This document shows positions 46,253 through 56,214 of a DNA stretch of 64,000 nt, in pieces. How positions within the stretch are numbered: position 1 is the first letter of the stretch; the number at the start of each line of letters is the position of its first letter. The DNA comes from Candidatus Heimdallarchaeota archaeon. Its GTDB lineage: Archaea > Asgardarchaeota > Heimdallarchaeia > JABLTI01. Under the pieces are notes generated by a model that ran no database searches, was not told the origin of the DNA, and worked only from the letters and a program-made list of their open reading frames with translations. The DNA lies in contig DXJV01000084.1 of assembly GCA_019056785.1 (NCBI GenBank), positions 64,001 to 128,000 on the forward strand, written 5' to 3'. Position numbers and translations under genes: made by a program.

Positions 46253-48493
46253 TTAAATGCTTGGTTTGAGGAGTTTTGCTTTCTCAGGGGCTTTTTGCTT
46301 CAAAAGATCCACAGCAAAGTCAATAAAAGCAGGGTCAAAGTCTTTGAGAAGGTCTTTAATTTCTTGTTTAGATGGCATAGAATCAGGCGGAAATTGAAGC
46401 CGCTTTTCTAACCTCGCAATTTCGGCGAACATCTCATTTATTTTCTCGCGAATGAATTTCGGACGGTCCTTTGAACGCCGGCGCCACATTTGCCGTAAAA
46501 ACGTATGGATGTATTCAGAACGTTTCCCAACAGCATTCATAGCCCGAAGATTCACTTTAATTGCTCCTTTAAATAGCCTATCGGTGCCTTCTTGAGCGCC
46601 TATCATATCGAACTGCTCAAGTGCAATGTTTGCATAATTTGTTGTCCAAATCTGGGCTCGAACGGCTTTATGGGGGGCAAAAATAGCAAGTGCCTCAATA
46701 ATATGGAAAACGTTAAGAGGGTCATCCCCCATCACAACAATTGGCTCGCCAACTAACAGTGCACGAACCGCCACGTCCAATCCTTTTCGAATGTAGAAAC
46801 CTGCAATATACGCACAGTCTTTGTGAAGTCGGATTAAACGTTCGGAGAGACTCAAACCAGAATCAAGAGCAGCAAATCCAAAGGCTTTTTTTACTTCTGT
46901 AAGATAGAGCTCAGGTGAACGCCCTTCAATTTTCAAGGTATTAATATCGCGAGCAATTTTCAGAAGCATAGAAGCAAAGGTCGTTATTTCTTTGAGATAT
47001 TCTTTTGCGTTGGAAATTTTCCGGGTTTTTTTGACGAGGTTTTTCGCAAATTCCGAAGCAGAACCACCGATCACTTTGTTTTGATCCAGATCAAGGATTG
47101 TTGCCCATGAATAAAATTTCGTCAATTCTTTTGGAATGGCAATGATATCGATGTCCTTAGGATGAATAAAAGTAGAACTTTTCGTATAAAGGAGGTCTCT
47201 ATGAGGTGAGAGAAGATTCAACGTTTCAAATAAAACGTCCACTATAGGGTTTTCAAATATGGAAGGTTGACTGCTAGTGATGACAATTAAATCGCCCATA
47301 AGAAGAGCTTCGAAAATATTTTCCAGGTCTCTTTTAAAGAGCTTTTGTAAGAGAAAGGGGTCCTTATTTTTATCATTTGGTATGCGAATTTTTCCGGTAA
47401 CAAACCCTTTTTCTCGTCGCAAAGAGTTTGATGGTAAAAAGCCATTTTTTGGGATTATTATTGTCATCTGGTGATTTTTATCGATTTCAATAGCAATGGG
47501 GTCAACTTTCAATTTAATGCCTTTTGCCTCTTTCAACTGCCCTTTACTCCCTTCTACAACCACTTGTTCCGGTGCAACTGCTTTTTTATCCGGTTTTGTC
47601 GTAAGAGGTTGCCCCAGTAAAGAATCAGTTGGAGGCAACTCTTCCTCCCAGGTAGGGGGCGGCATCATTGCTAAGCGTGATTTTGTTTCAGGTTCTTTTT
47701 TCTCCGAGGGAGCAATAGAAGGACTGGTAACAACAGGTGGTGAAGTGGCAACTGGTTCCTGAGAAGGAGAAGAAACTTCAGCTGGACGTTTCTGAAAGGT
47801 AATGCGTTGTTTTTCGACAGAAGGTTTATGAGTTGCAAATGATTTTGGCGCCCCTTCTTCTCCAAAAGGTTTGACAGAATAGTAAACTCTATTGGAAATA
47901 GTAGTTTTGTAAAGATAACCATAGCGGTAGATATCATTTAGCTGGCTTGCAACTTCCTCTGGGGTTAAACCTGTTACTTGTGAAATCATATCCGGCGTAA
48001 CAACTTGCATTTTTACGAGGACCAAAGCAACCATTTGCAATTCGGATGGAAGATTCAAAACCTCAAAAGCATCTAGTTCCTTTCTTGAGCTCGTCGGACC
48101 GATTTTTCGCTGCTCAAAAGCTTTAACCACATCAATTATGGACTTGTCGATCACCCGAAATTTTTGGATGTCTTTTTGCTCAAAAGTTTGGATCGATTGC
48201 AAATCAAACATAGAGAAAAAGACATTTTCTAGCTCCGGAAACAAAATAGAGGGAATACTGATTTCTTCTAAATCCGCCCCGACAACAAACAAGACATTAT
48301 TATTATAATGATAATAATATTTGATTCCTTCAAAAATAATATCATGAACTTTTTCGGCATAGTTTGTAAGAGGGCTTGTTAACCATCCATAAAACTTTTC
48401 AAGACGCAAGCGCTCTTCTTCGTTGGTCATTTTTATAAAACGAATGCCTGCAACAGGGATGTCATTAATTATTATCCATACGAATTGAATCAT
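46253..48493 (-). CDS. Longin + winged helix + Pro-rich linker + tandem cDENN-like domain protein
   Basis: N-terminal MIQFVWII....P and LFVVGAD (longin); central T...IS..TG.....V...L..I...GYL (wHTH); two repeats FEALLMGDLIVI / VRALLVGEPIVV. Confidence 0.7.
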   Translation of the reverse strand: MIQFVWIIINDIPVAGIRFIKMTNEEERLRLEKFYGWLTSPLTNYAEKVHDIIFEGIKYYYHYNNNVLFVVGADLEEISIPSILFPELENVFFSMFDLQSIQTFEQKDIQKFRVIDKSIIDVVKAFEQRKIGPTSSRKELDAFEVLNLPSELQMVALVLVKMQVVTPDMISQVTGLTPEEVASQLNDIYRYGYLYKTTISNRVYYSVKPFGEEGAPKSFATHKPSVEKQRITFQKRPAEVSSPSQEPVATSPPVVTSPSIAPSEKKEPETKSRLAMMPPPTWEEELPPTDSLLGQPLTTKPDKKAVAPEQVVVEGSKGQLKEAKGIKLKVDPIAIEIDKNHQMTIIIPKNGFLPSNSLRREKGFVTGKIRIPNDKNKDPFLLQKLFKRDLENIFEALLMGDLIVITSSQPSIFENPIVDVLFETLNLLSPHRDLLYTKSSTFIHPKDIDIIAIPKELTKFYSWATILDLDQNKVIGGSASEFAKNLVKKTRKISNAKEYLKEITTFASMLLKIARDINTLKIEGRSPELYLTEVKKAFGFAALDSGLSLSERLIRLHKDCAYIAGFYIRKGLDVAVRALLVGEPIVVMGDDPLNVFHIIEALAIFAPHKAVRAQIWTTNYANIALEQFDMIGAQEGTDRLFKGAIKVNLRAMNAVGKRSEYIHTFLRQMWRRRSKDRPKFIREKINEMFAEIARLEKRLQFPPDSMPSKQEIKDLLKDFDPAFIDFAVDLLKQKAPEKAKLLKPSI

Positions 48494-48714
48494 CTAAATC
48501 GTTCCTTTGAGACCCGTTTATTCTCTCTTTTAGTAGCGTTTACCATTAATATATTTAGCATTCACCACTACTTATTTGTTCTTCTCTAACTTATTCTTAG
48601 TGTTGTTCTTTTTTTAGCTTTGTGAAATAGTACTAAAATGATTTGCAGGGAGTGAAAAAAGTTTTAAGAGGTTTTTTAGAGGGAGGTTTGGCTCCGGGTG
48701 GAAGCTATCAGTAG

Positions 48715-50562
48715 TTAATAACCCCAATATTTGTTATCCTCACTTAAACTTCGCTTGAGTTGTATCAAGGCTTCTAAAGCTTCTTGCTCATCAGTTGTTA
48801 ACTCATCGTAAAATTTTTCTTTGATACGTCGAACCAAGCTCTCTGGAAGATCGACAAATAATTCCATATCCTCAGTTATTTGCCGCCCAACTGTAGGGCC
48901 ACGAATGGAAATGGCAACTTGCTTTCCCTTCCGAGCTTCTTGGATACTTTGATTGTTCTCCTGGATTTGCTGAATGTACCCACACTTTTTACCATCAGTC
49001 CCTCGAATAATAGGGGCACGAGGGGTGATCCGCCCTGCCAACACTTCCACACCAACAATGGCTGGTTTGCTCTGTCTGAAAACCATGCCAGGGAGAATTT
49101 TGAATTTTCCAGGAAAAATGAGGTCCTTCAAGCTTTCGGCTTTTAATCGATTCTCAGTTTCAATTTTCCAATGCTCATATTCATCAAGTAAAGTATAAAT
49201 AATATCACTTTGGAAAAAGGGGATGGCATTAACTTCCAATTCTTCCTGCGCATCCGGCAAAATCCCGACATTAAAAGCCACAATTGCCGCTAGAGCGGGG
49301 GTGCTTTCTTTAACAATAATTGCATCCATTACATTTCCTTTATTGACATCCCCAATATCAGCAATCTTAATGGGGATATTTCGTTCTTTGAATTCTTTAA
49401 CCAAAGCTTCAAGAGCACCCAAAGTATCTGCTTTTAAGATAATACCTTCTTTATCAGTTTCAATTTTAATCCCACTAATTTCTTGTTCAATTAAGGAACG
49501 AGCATTGCTAATTTCTTCCGGGGTATTGGCGACCATTACAGGAGCACCAGCCAAAGCATCATTTAAACCTGAACCTACAATCTTAATGCCTGCAGCAGCA
49601 TGCACCATTTCAACAGAATTGAACTTCTCACGAGGGTCTCGAATTTCATCCAGAGGTTTGGGAGAGAGAAGGGCGCGAATTTTTGCCTCGGCAGCACCAT
49701 TTTTTGCCCCGAAAACAATATGATCATTTTTTGAGAAAGTACCTTTGTGAACGATGACATTTAAAGTCGTTCCCATACCAGCTTCTTCTGTAACCTCGAG
49801 GATAGTTCCTACTCCAGGCCCCTCACTGTAAACGAGCTTCTTCATTAAGAATTGTTGAGCTAAACCTGAAAGTACAAGGAATAAATCTTGAATACCCTCC
49901 CGTGTTTTTGCACTGGTCGGAACAATAGCCACATTTTCAGTATAATTTCTAATACGATCGTATCGATCAGAAGGATACTTCAATTTGGAAAGTTCACCCA
50001 TTAATTCATAGATATACTTATCAAGGGCAGTTTGAGTATCCACAGTTTGCAATTTTATCGATTCCATAAACGGTTTGCCTTCTTGCTTCTTCCAACCAGG
50101 AACACGGTCGATTTTATTAGCGGCAATAAGGAAGGGGATTTTCCGTTGCTTCAAGAGTCTTAGAGACTCAAAAGTTTGCGGTTGAAAACCTGAAAGAACA
50201 TCTACAACAACAATTGCAATATCTGCAACTGATGCGCCACGGGTACGGAGGTTAAGAAAGGCAGCATGACCGGGTGTATCGACAATTAAAATGCCGGGTA
50301 TTTTTAATTTAATTGATCCTTTGCCCATCAGTGGCCCACAAATCTCATTGATAGTTTCAATGGGAAAATAAGAAGCACCAATTTGTTGCGTGATTCCCCC
50401 GGCTTCTCGAGCTTGGACAGCTGTCCCACGGACGGCATCAAGAATGGAGGTTTTCCCATGGTCTATATGCCCTAAAATTACCGCAATTGGTGCTTTGACG
50501 CGCTTTGTTTCCGCAACAACCGTCTTTTCGCTTTTTTGTGAATCTTGTTTTTTTTCTGCCAT
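48715..50562 (-). CDS. infB: Translation initiation factor aIF5B (IF-2)
   Basis: ILGHIDHGKTS, EAGGITQ.IGA, DTPGH..F..LR.RG, NKID, KADTLG.LEA, FR.S.PAIVGV.V..G. Confidence 0.98.
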   Translation of the reverse strand: MAEKKQDSQKSEKTVVAETKRVKAPIAVILGHIDHGKTSILDAVRGTAVQAREAGGITQQIGASYFPIETINEICGPLMGKGSIKLKIPGILIVDTPGHAAFLNLRTRGASVADIAIVVVDVLSGFQPQTFESLRLLKQRKIPFLIAANKIDRVPGWKKQEGKPFMESIKLQTVDTQTALDKYIYELMGELSKLKYPSDRYDRIRNYTENVAIVPTSAKTREGIQDLFLVLSGLAQQFLMKKLVYSEGPGVGTILEVTEEAGMGTTLNVIVHKGTFSKNDHIVFGAKNGAAEAKIRALLSPKPLDEIRDPREKFNSVEMVHAAAGIKIVGSGLNDALAGAPVMVANTPEEISNARSLIEQEISGIKIETDKEGIILKADTLGALEALVKEFKERNIPIKIADIGDVNKGNVMDAIIVKESTPALAAIVAFNVGILPDAQEELEVNAIPFFQSDIIYTLLDEYEHWKIETENRLKAESLKDLIFPGKFKILPGMVFRQSKPAIVGVEVLAGRITPRAPIIRGTDGKKCGYIQQIQENNQSIQEARKGKQVAISIRGPTVGRQITEDMELFVDLPESLVRRIKEKFYDELTTDEQEALEALIQLKRSLSEDNKYWGY

Positions 50563-50604
50563 TTTAAAAAACCTCCAAGAGTGCAAGCCACTTTTTACTG
50601 TAGC

Positions 50605-51063
50605 TCATTCATAGATCCATTCTTCATCGATCATTTTATGCTTGACGAGTTCAGTTTCTTTGAAATAAATGGAATATTCGATTTTTGCATTTTCAGGTGA
50701 ATCTGCCGCATGAACAATGTTTCGCCCGATTACCATCCCGAAGTCGCCGCGAATGGTTCCCACCTCAGCATCCATTGGATTTGTCGCGCCAGCGATCTTT
50801 CGCATACGTTTCACAGCATTTTCGCCTTCGACCACCATTGCTACAACGGGACCACTCGAGATAAATTTGATTAAGCCATCATAAAAAGGCTTCCCCTTAT
50901 GCACAGCGTAGTGTTTTTCTGCCATTGCGCGGGTTAATTGAAGCATTTTCATTGCAACAATACGCAAACCGGCTTTCTCTATACGGGAAATCACTTCACC
51001 TATTAGCCGTCGTTTCACACCATCTGGTTTAACCATGACAAACGTTCGTTCATTTATAATCAT
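50605..51063 (-). CDS. ndk: Nucleoside diphosphate kinase
   Basis: ERTFVMVKPDGV.R, HY..H.GKPF, SGPVVAMV, GATNP, GTIRGDF, RNIVHAADS, WIYE. Start at MIINE. Confidence 0.98.
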   Translation of the reverse strand: MIINERTFVMVKPDGVKRRLIGEVISRIEKAGLRIVAMKMLQLTRAMAEKHYAVHKGKPFYDGLIKFISSGPVVAMVVEGENAVKRMRKIAGATNPMDAEVGTIRGDFGMVIGRNIVHAADSPENAKIEYSIYFKETELVKHKMIDEEWIYE

Positions 51064-51335
51064 TTTTTTAAACTCCAAGGATAGTCTATTGACTAATTCA
51101 AACATTCCCAGCAGCAGTGAATGGGTGATAACCACATCATTACACATGGGTTTAAACTGTCAACCCTGAAATTTGCCGGGCAATTTAAAGCCAGCCGACT
51201 TTTTGGGTGTTTGAAAAAAGAGTTCATTAGCTTTTATATTTATCCTTTCTTTATAATAATTAATAAAAAACAACAAAGAAAAAGAAAAGAAAAAGAAGAG
51301 GGATTTACGATAATGCTTAAGAAACGGTTTTCTAT

Positions 51336-52538
51336 CTAAACCCAGTCACCCGTCTCTATTTTTGTAGGAAGATATTCCTCTGTGAAGAATTTGATACCAC
51401 GACTGGCAAGTGCTTGAATCTCTGCTTTTTGTTTGGTATCAATCATAATTTTCAATTCTTTAACCCATTCTGGGCGTATCTTTACAAACCGTTCTTCTAA
51501 CATCATTTTTGCACGAGCAATATCACCCTTACTCATGTGCAACCGCACATTCGCTGGTAGATTATATTTATCGAGGTCCGAGGGACGTACACCCAACCAT
51601 TGAATATTGGGGGTTGCTAATTCATAGGACTCGTAAGACAAAGCTTTACTTCCCAAACCATAAACCCGCAGAATGTCCAACCCAAAAGGATCGCTGTCCA
51701 TAACCGCCAAGACAGGTAGTTGCAGCTCTTGATTCATACGTCTAAGGAAAATTCTAGTGGCAACATTTGGTTGCCCGCTTCCAGTGAGGATAATGCAAGG
51801 ATAGCGTTCATAAAACTTGTCTTCCGCCAACCGGAGGAAGGCAGCTTGTTTTTCTACTACAAGAATAAATTCAGCATCTGACTGTAAATCAGTGATGTGG
51901 TCTTGCATTGGGTTTACATTTTTCCCGCTCGAGCCCTGCTTTGTGCAGTCTATAAAATCACCATTATCCACGTATGTGAGCCGTCCAACAACCAACCCAC
52001 GATCGTTAGCAGTGATGTGCAAATTTTTCCGGTAAGTACCCAACATAACTGCACTGTCTTCAATTAAGGGGTCACTCCCCCGATTCTGATCTTCAAATAA
52101 CGCAACGTCAGTATAAAACACTTCACGCTTGCTGCCATGAATATTTTGCTCGAGTAACTCATGGATAATTTGGAGAACTCGTAATTGGGCTGTGAATTTT
52201 TTAACAGTACTAATGTCATCCCACTTTCTATCAAGAAAGTTCTCGCCTAAGAGCAAGAGATCTGTTTCTTCATCATAAATAACATTGCTTGCACTACGAG
52301 ACGGTACTTTTAGAATAGGAGCACCTGAATTGATGGTCTGAACAAAGACATTTCTAAAAATTTCTTCGATGCGTCGTATTCCCTCTTCTCTAGAGATATC
52401 TCTAATCTCATGAATGCCCTCAGGTAAATGCTCGAGCTTCCGTTTTCGAGTGTTTCTCACTTTCTCGCGCTCATGAAGAATATATTTTAATTTATCACGA
52501 GAGACTTCACGAGGGTGTTTCTTTTTACTGGTAGACAT
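51336..52538 (-). CDS. top6A: DNA topoisomerase VI subunit A
   Basis: KREVFY (catalytic Tyr), F..Q..SD..IED, TOPRIM VVEK, G.GQP..ATR, DSDPFG, KAEIQAL. Confidence 0.97.
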   Translation of the reverse strand: MSTSKKKHPREVSRDKLKYILHEREKVRNTRKRKLEHLPEGIHEIRDISREEGIRRIEEIFRNVFVQTINSGAPILKVPSRSASNVIYDEETDLLLLGENFLDRKWDDISTVKKFTAQLRVLQIIHELLEQNIHGSKREVFYTDVALFEDQNRGSDPLIEDSAVMLGTYRKNLHITANDRGLVVGRLTYVDNGDFIDCTKQGSSGKNVNPMQDHITDLQSDAEFILVVEKQAAFLRLAEDKFYERYPCIILTGSGQPNVATRIFLRRMNQELQLPVLAVMDSDPFGLDILRVYGLGSKALSYESYELATPNIQWLGVRPSDLDKYNLPANVRLHMSKGDIARAKMMLEERFVKIRPEWVKELKIMIDTKQKAEIQALASRGIKFFTEEYLPTKIETGDWV

Positions 52539-52575
52539 TTTACATCACTCTTTCAATTTTTTTCCACATAATCAG

Positions 52576-55500
52576 TTATAAATTTTCCAGCTCAGCAGAA
52601 GTTTTGAACGCATGAATAATGTTTTTCCGAATAGTTTTCACAGTCTTTACGCCCAAACCCTTCACTGCAGAGGTTTTTGCTATTTTCGCATTTTGAAATT
52701 GTTTCACCGTAAATATACCAACAGCATTTAACTCCTTTTTAATGGCAGAAGTTATGTGTGGCAGAACTTCAACAGAGAGCATTTTCCGGATTTCAATGAT
52801 TTTCTGCTCATCTAATCCTTTTATATTAGCCAGTTTTCTGATATCTTTCTTGTAAATATCCCCAACTGTTTTCACGCCGATTTTAAGTAAACGCTCCTCA
52901 GTAATTTTCCCTAAACCAGGAACTTTGCTAATTCTTAAAGAGGGGGCAAGAAGTCCTTTTGGGGGAGTGGAAACACGTTTTTGCTCCGCGGCCGGTACTT
53001 TTGCCTTCTTTGTTCCTAAAAATTCAGCAATAGACTGGTCCCGTTTTGCAGCAGGTTTTTTAGCAGAAGTTTTTAGCGCGGCTTTCTTTTTAGCCGTCGG
53101 ATGTGGTCTTGTGGCAACGGCATTGGTGCGTGTTTTTGATTTTGTACTTTTCCGTTTGGGAACAACCCGTGAACCAGGAGTCATCAATAATTTTTCTTCT
53201 ATTGCAAGTTTTAGCTTGTTAATTGTGGGTGAACGCAAACCACGAACATTAATTAAACTATCATCATCAGCCTCGAGGAATTGTTTTACCGTAAAGATTC
53301 CCATCATATTAAGATCCCTTTTGCCTTCAAAATTAATGCGGGGCAGGACAATAACATCAGTATTTCCACGATTTGTGGCAATTGTTTTTGCACCCAAGCC
53401 TTTTATTTTTAACAAACGGCTATTTGCGGCCATGTAAAATTTAGCAACGGTATCAATATTCTTCGCGATTAATTTTTCAGCCATTGCTTTCCCTACACCC
53501 TCCATTTTATTAACAGGAGCATCAGCTTCCAAGAAGTTTGGAGGAGGGGCCGGCAATTGAACTTTCTTGGGGGCGACAATTATTTCTTCTTCGTCACTTT
53601 CTAGTTCTTCGGGTTTAGCGGGAGAACGCAATTCCTCAATATCCAAATCTAAGTTCTGACGAATGAGTGAAATTAAAGCATTCACTCGTTCTTCGGTAAG
53701 ACCATAAATTTGCACTAAAACTTTCTTATCGGCTTCTAAAAAGTCCAAAACACTATAGATCTTCTTGTTGTTTAATTCTTCAAAAGTTTTAGAACTAAGA
53801 TTGGGAAGGACATCAACATAGCACTTTGCCTTTAAATCAGTAATCATACTTTTACTCAAATTACTTGAAATTAAATCATTATTATCTGTGAGGAAGAAAT
53901 CCTTTACTGTACGAATCCCATGAGTGCGCATTGCTTTTGCTGTCGCAGGACCAATGCCCGGCAGAGCAGTCACGGGGTCAATACCATGATAAAGTTCCAA
54001 GCCTGAAAGAATGCCACGTTCTTTTGCAAATTCATCTAAAGCAACTGCACTTACCGACTCGACGAGTTCATCTTTTGCAATTTCAGGAAGCTCAAGAATG
54101 GCAGTTAAAATTTGTTGTGCTTGATCAATTGCTTCTTCTGACAAACCTAAAGAGATCAATTCTTGCAGCTGCTCTTCATCCAAAAGTATGAGATCTTGTA
54201 AGGTTTGGATGTCATAACGTTCGAGGTCTACTGACTCGATTGATTCGAGAGGCAAAGCTTCAATAGGAATGGGATTTTTTGGGAGGAAAATAGACCCCTC
54301 TCGTAATTTCAAACATTTATTAAATTGAGTTGAACTGAATAAGAATTGAAATTCATCTTCGTCCATTTTCCCAAGCATTTGCCCTACAATCGATGTCACA
54401 ACAGGAGCATATTTTTCAAAAATCCGCATGCGTCGCGCTTGCTGTTCTCGACGTTTCAAAGCATGCTGAAACTTCATCAATTTTCGGCCGGCTTTTTGTA
54501 AACACAAACGAAGTTCCTTACGGATTTCATCTACTTCTGCGATATATTCTTTACTCGTTTCTGGGAAGGGGATTTTAGTGCTAACAAGCGAGACCGCAAA
54601 AATCAGTGGGTCATTATTAAGGTTGGTTTTATAGTTGCTCCAATTAATGCTTTCAATCGTTTTTTTGATGAGATCATTACCCTCACCAAAGAGCAAGGGG
54701 ATTCTGTTCGCAAAACGGACAAGTTTGTAAGGAGGCGAAAGATTTTCCCCACCATAGCCAATTGCCACTTCCACTTGGAAAGCATGACCGCTATAACTTG
54801 AGGGGGGGCGACTTTCAGAACAGGTAAACTCTGGCTTATATACGTCTCGAAGACCAGCCTCAAGATTTTCATGACCTAGAGGAGACAAGCATTTACCGTC
54901 CGGCGGGTAAAATTTAACCTTCGTAAAACCCTCATGGATCAACCGGCGAAGCTCCATTTCATCCAATTTAATAGGATTTTTTGAGGGGGAGATTTTTGAT
55001 ATTCTTAAAACTTCTAAAGCCGTTTTATCACCAATGCGTTGAAAATGGGTTTTTAAGAACTCCTTCATGGTTTTTGCTTTTGTTCGAGAGATCTCGCTTT
55101 TTAATTGATTGATATCTGTACCAATGGGGTGAAGTGGCATTTCAATCGGAGGTGGGGGGATAACCTCTACAGTTCGATTGTGGATTATAGGGGTTTCAGG
55201 ATCATCAGGAGTATAAATTGTAAAAGAGGCGTAGGGAGTAATTACGGCCATTTCCTCAAAATATTCATAGATATATCGTTTGGAACGGCTCCAGGTGCCG
55301 GCAAAGCAAACTGAGACTTCTGTACCATGAGTCTTCAATTGATGTTTTGACTTACCGGTATAGCGTTTTTCTTCTACAATTTCAGGAGCATTTTTTACAA
55401 TATCAATGAATAACTTATAGTGGCTTGTATAATCATTTACTTTTTTCTTTGAAAGCGCCAATCGAGACTTTATTTCAAAGGGAACACGAATGGTAGATTG

Positions 55501-55932
55501 AGAATAAATGAGAACCATCTTCGCCCCTAAACCAAAGCGACCGCGTGACTGTCGCTCACCATAATTTGAACCGGTTAAAACACGACCAAACAACTTTGGA
55601 ATGTCAGAGTGGCGAATTCCAATGCCATTATCACGAACCGTTAAACGAATAAATTCGCTCGAAGCATCTTCAGCAATTTGATAATCAGCAATCCCCATTA
55701 ACTCACCAATCTCTTCAGCGGACATTAATTCAATTTTAACCTCAATGTCAGGTAAAAATCCGCCTTTCTCAGCAGCATCTAAAGCATTTTCTACAAGCTC
55801 TCTTACACTGGTATAGGTTGATCTCGTTGGGTTATCAAAACCCGCAATTGCTTTGTTAGCCTCAAAAAACTCTGCTGCTGAACGTTCAATAATTTTCTCA
55901 CGCGCTATCATTTTTTCTAACCTGCTAGCCAC
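52576..55932 (-). CDS. top6B: DNA topoisomerase VI subunit B with a C-terminal multi-HhH extension
   Basis: GHKL motifs ELVENALDA, DNGIG, FG..L.GS.Y..RQSRG..GLG, HGT; H2TH; RFANRIPLL; PF..TSKE; then ~560 aa of HhH repeats. Confidence 0.96.
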   Translation of the reverse strand: MASRLEKMIAREKIIERSAAEFFEANKAIAGFDNPTRSTYTSVRELVENALDAAEKGGFLPDIEVKIELMSAEEIGELMGIADYQIAEDASSEFIRLTVRDNGIGIRHSDIPKLFGRVLTGSNYGERQSRGRFGLGAKMVLIYSQSTIRVPFEIKSRLALSKKKVNDYTSHYKLFIDIVKNAPEIVEEKRYTGKSKHQLKTHGTEVSVCFAGTWSRSKRYIYEYFEEMAVITPYASFTIYTPDDPETPIIHNRTVEVIPPPPIEMPLHPIGTDINQLKSEISRTKAKTMKEFLKTHFQRIGDKTALEVLRISKISPSKNPIKLDEMELRRLIHEGFTKVKFYPPDGKCLSPLGHENLEAGLRDVYKPEFTCSESRPPSSYSGHAFQVEVAIGYGGENLSPPYKLVRFANRIPLLFGEGNDLIKKTIESINWSNYKTNLNNDPLIFAVSLVSTKIPFPETSKEYIAEVDEIRKELRLCLQKAGRKLMKFQHALKRREQQARRMRIFEKYAPVVTSIVGQMLGKMDEDEFQFLFSSTQFNKCLKLREGSIFLPKNPIPIEALPLESIESVDLERYDIQTLQDLILLDEEQLQELISLGLSEEAIDQAQQILTAILELPEIAKDELVESVSAVALDEFAKERGILSGLELYHGIDPVTALPGIGPATAKAMRTHGIRTVKDFFLTDNNDLISSNLSKSMITDLKAKCYVDVLPNLSSKTFEELNNKKIYSVLDFLEADKKVLVQIYGLTEERVNALISLIRQNLDLDIEELRSPAKPEELESDEEEIIVAPKKVQLPAPPPNFLEADAPVNKMEGVGKAMAEKLIAKNIDTVAKFYMAANSRLLKIKGLGAKTIATNRGNTDVIVLPRINFEGKRDLNMMGIFTVKQFLEADDDSLINVRGLRSPTINKLKLAIEEKLLMTPGSRVVPKRKSTKSKTRTNAVATRPHPTAKKKAALKTSAKKPAAKRDQSIAEFLGTKKAKVPAAEQKRVSTPPKGLLAPSLRISKVPGLGKITEERLLKIGVKTVGDIYKKDIRKLANIKGLDEQKIIEIRKMLSVEVLPHITSAIKKELNAVGIFTVKQFQNAKIAKTSAVKGLGVKTVKTIRKNIIHAFKTSAELENL
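52600..54270 (-). repeat. Protein-level tandem (HhH)2 repeat array within top6B
   Basis: About seven units of the form hxxhPGhGxxxxxxLxxxGIxTVxDh...LxxhxGL, e.g. VTALPGIGPATAKAMRTHGIRTVKDF, VNKMEGVGKAMAEKLIAKNIDTVAKF, ISKVPGLGKITEERLLKIGVKTVGDI. Confidence 0.85.
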
Positions 55933-56214
55933 CTAATGAAATCAAGAGGAGAATCGTTCATGATATTCCTCTTCACTACATCCTCACTTTTTTCATTCAC
56001 CTGCAATCCTGAATGTTCTTTCTGAGAAGACTTGAGGGATTCAAGGAACTAATATAGTTATAGTTGCTATTTTCTCCTTAAATTTTTTAAGTTCTGTTAT
56101 CCATTTTACAACGCTTCTTTAATACTTTATCCTACAAGCAAATTTAAAGTTGTGTCATATGGCATTGTTTTTTTGCCCCCAAAGGGGGATAAAAAGACTG
56201 AAAAAAAGATGAAA

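Noticed and set aside
53015-53045. PIP box in the Top6B tail (DQSIAEFL)
   Set aside because: The Gln is one position off the QxxIxxFL consensus; not supportable without orthologues.
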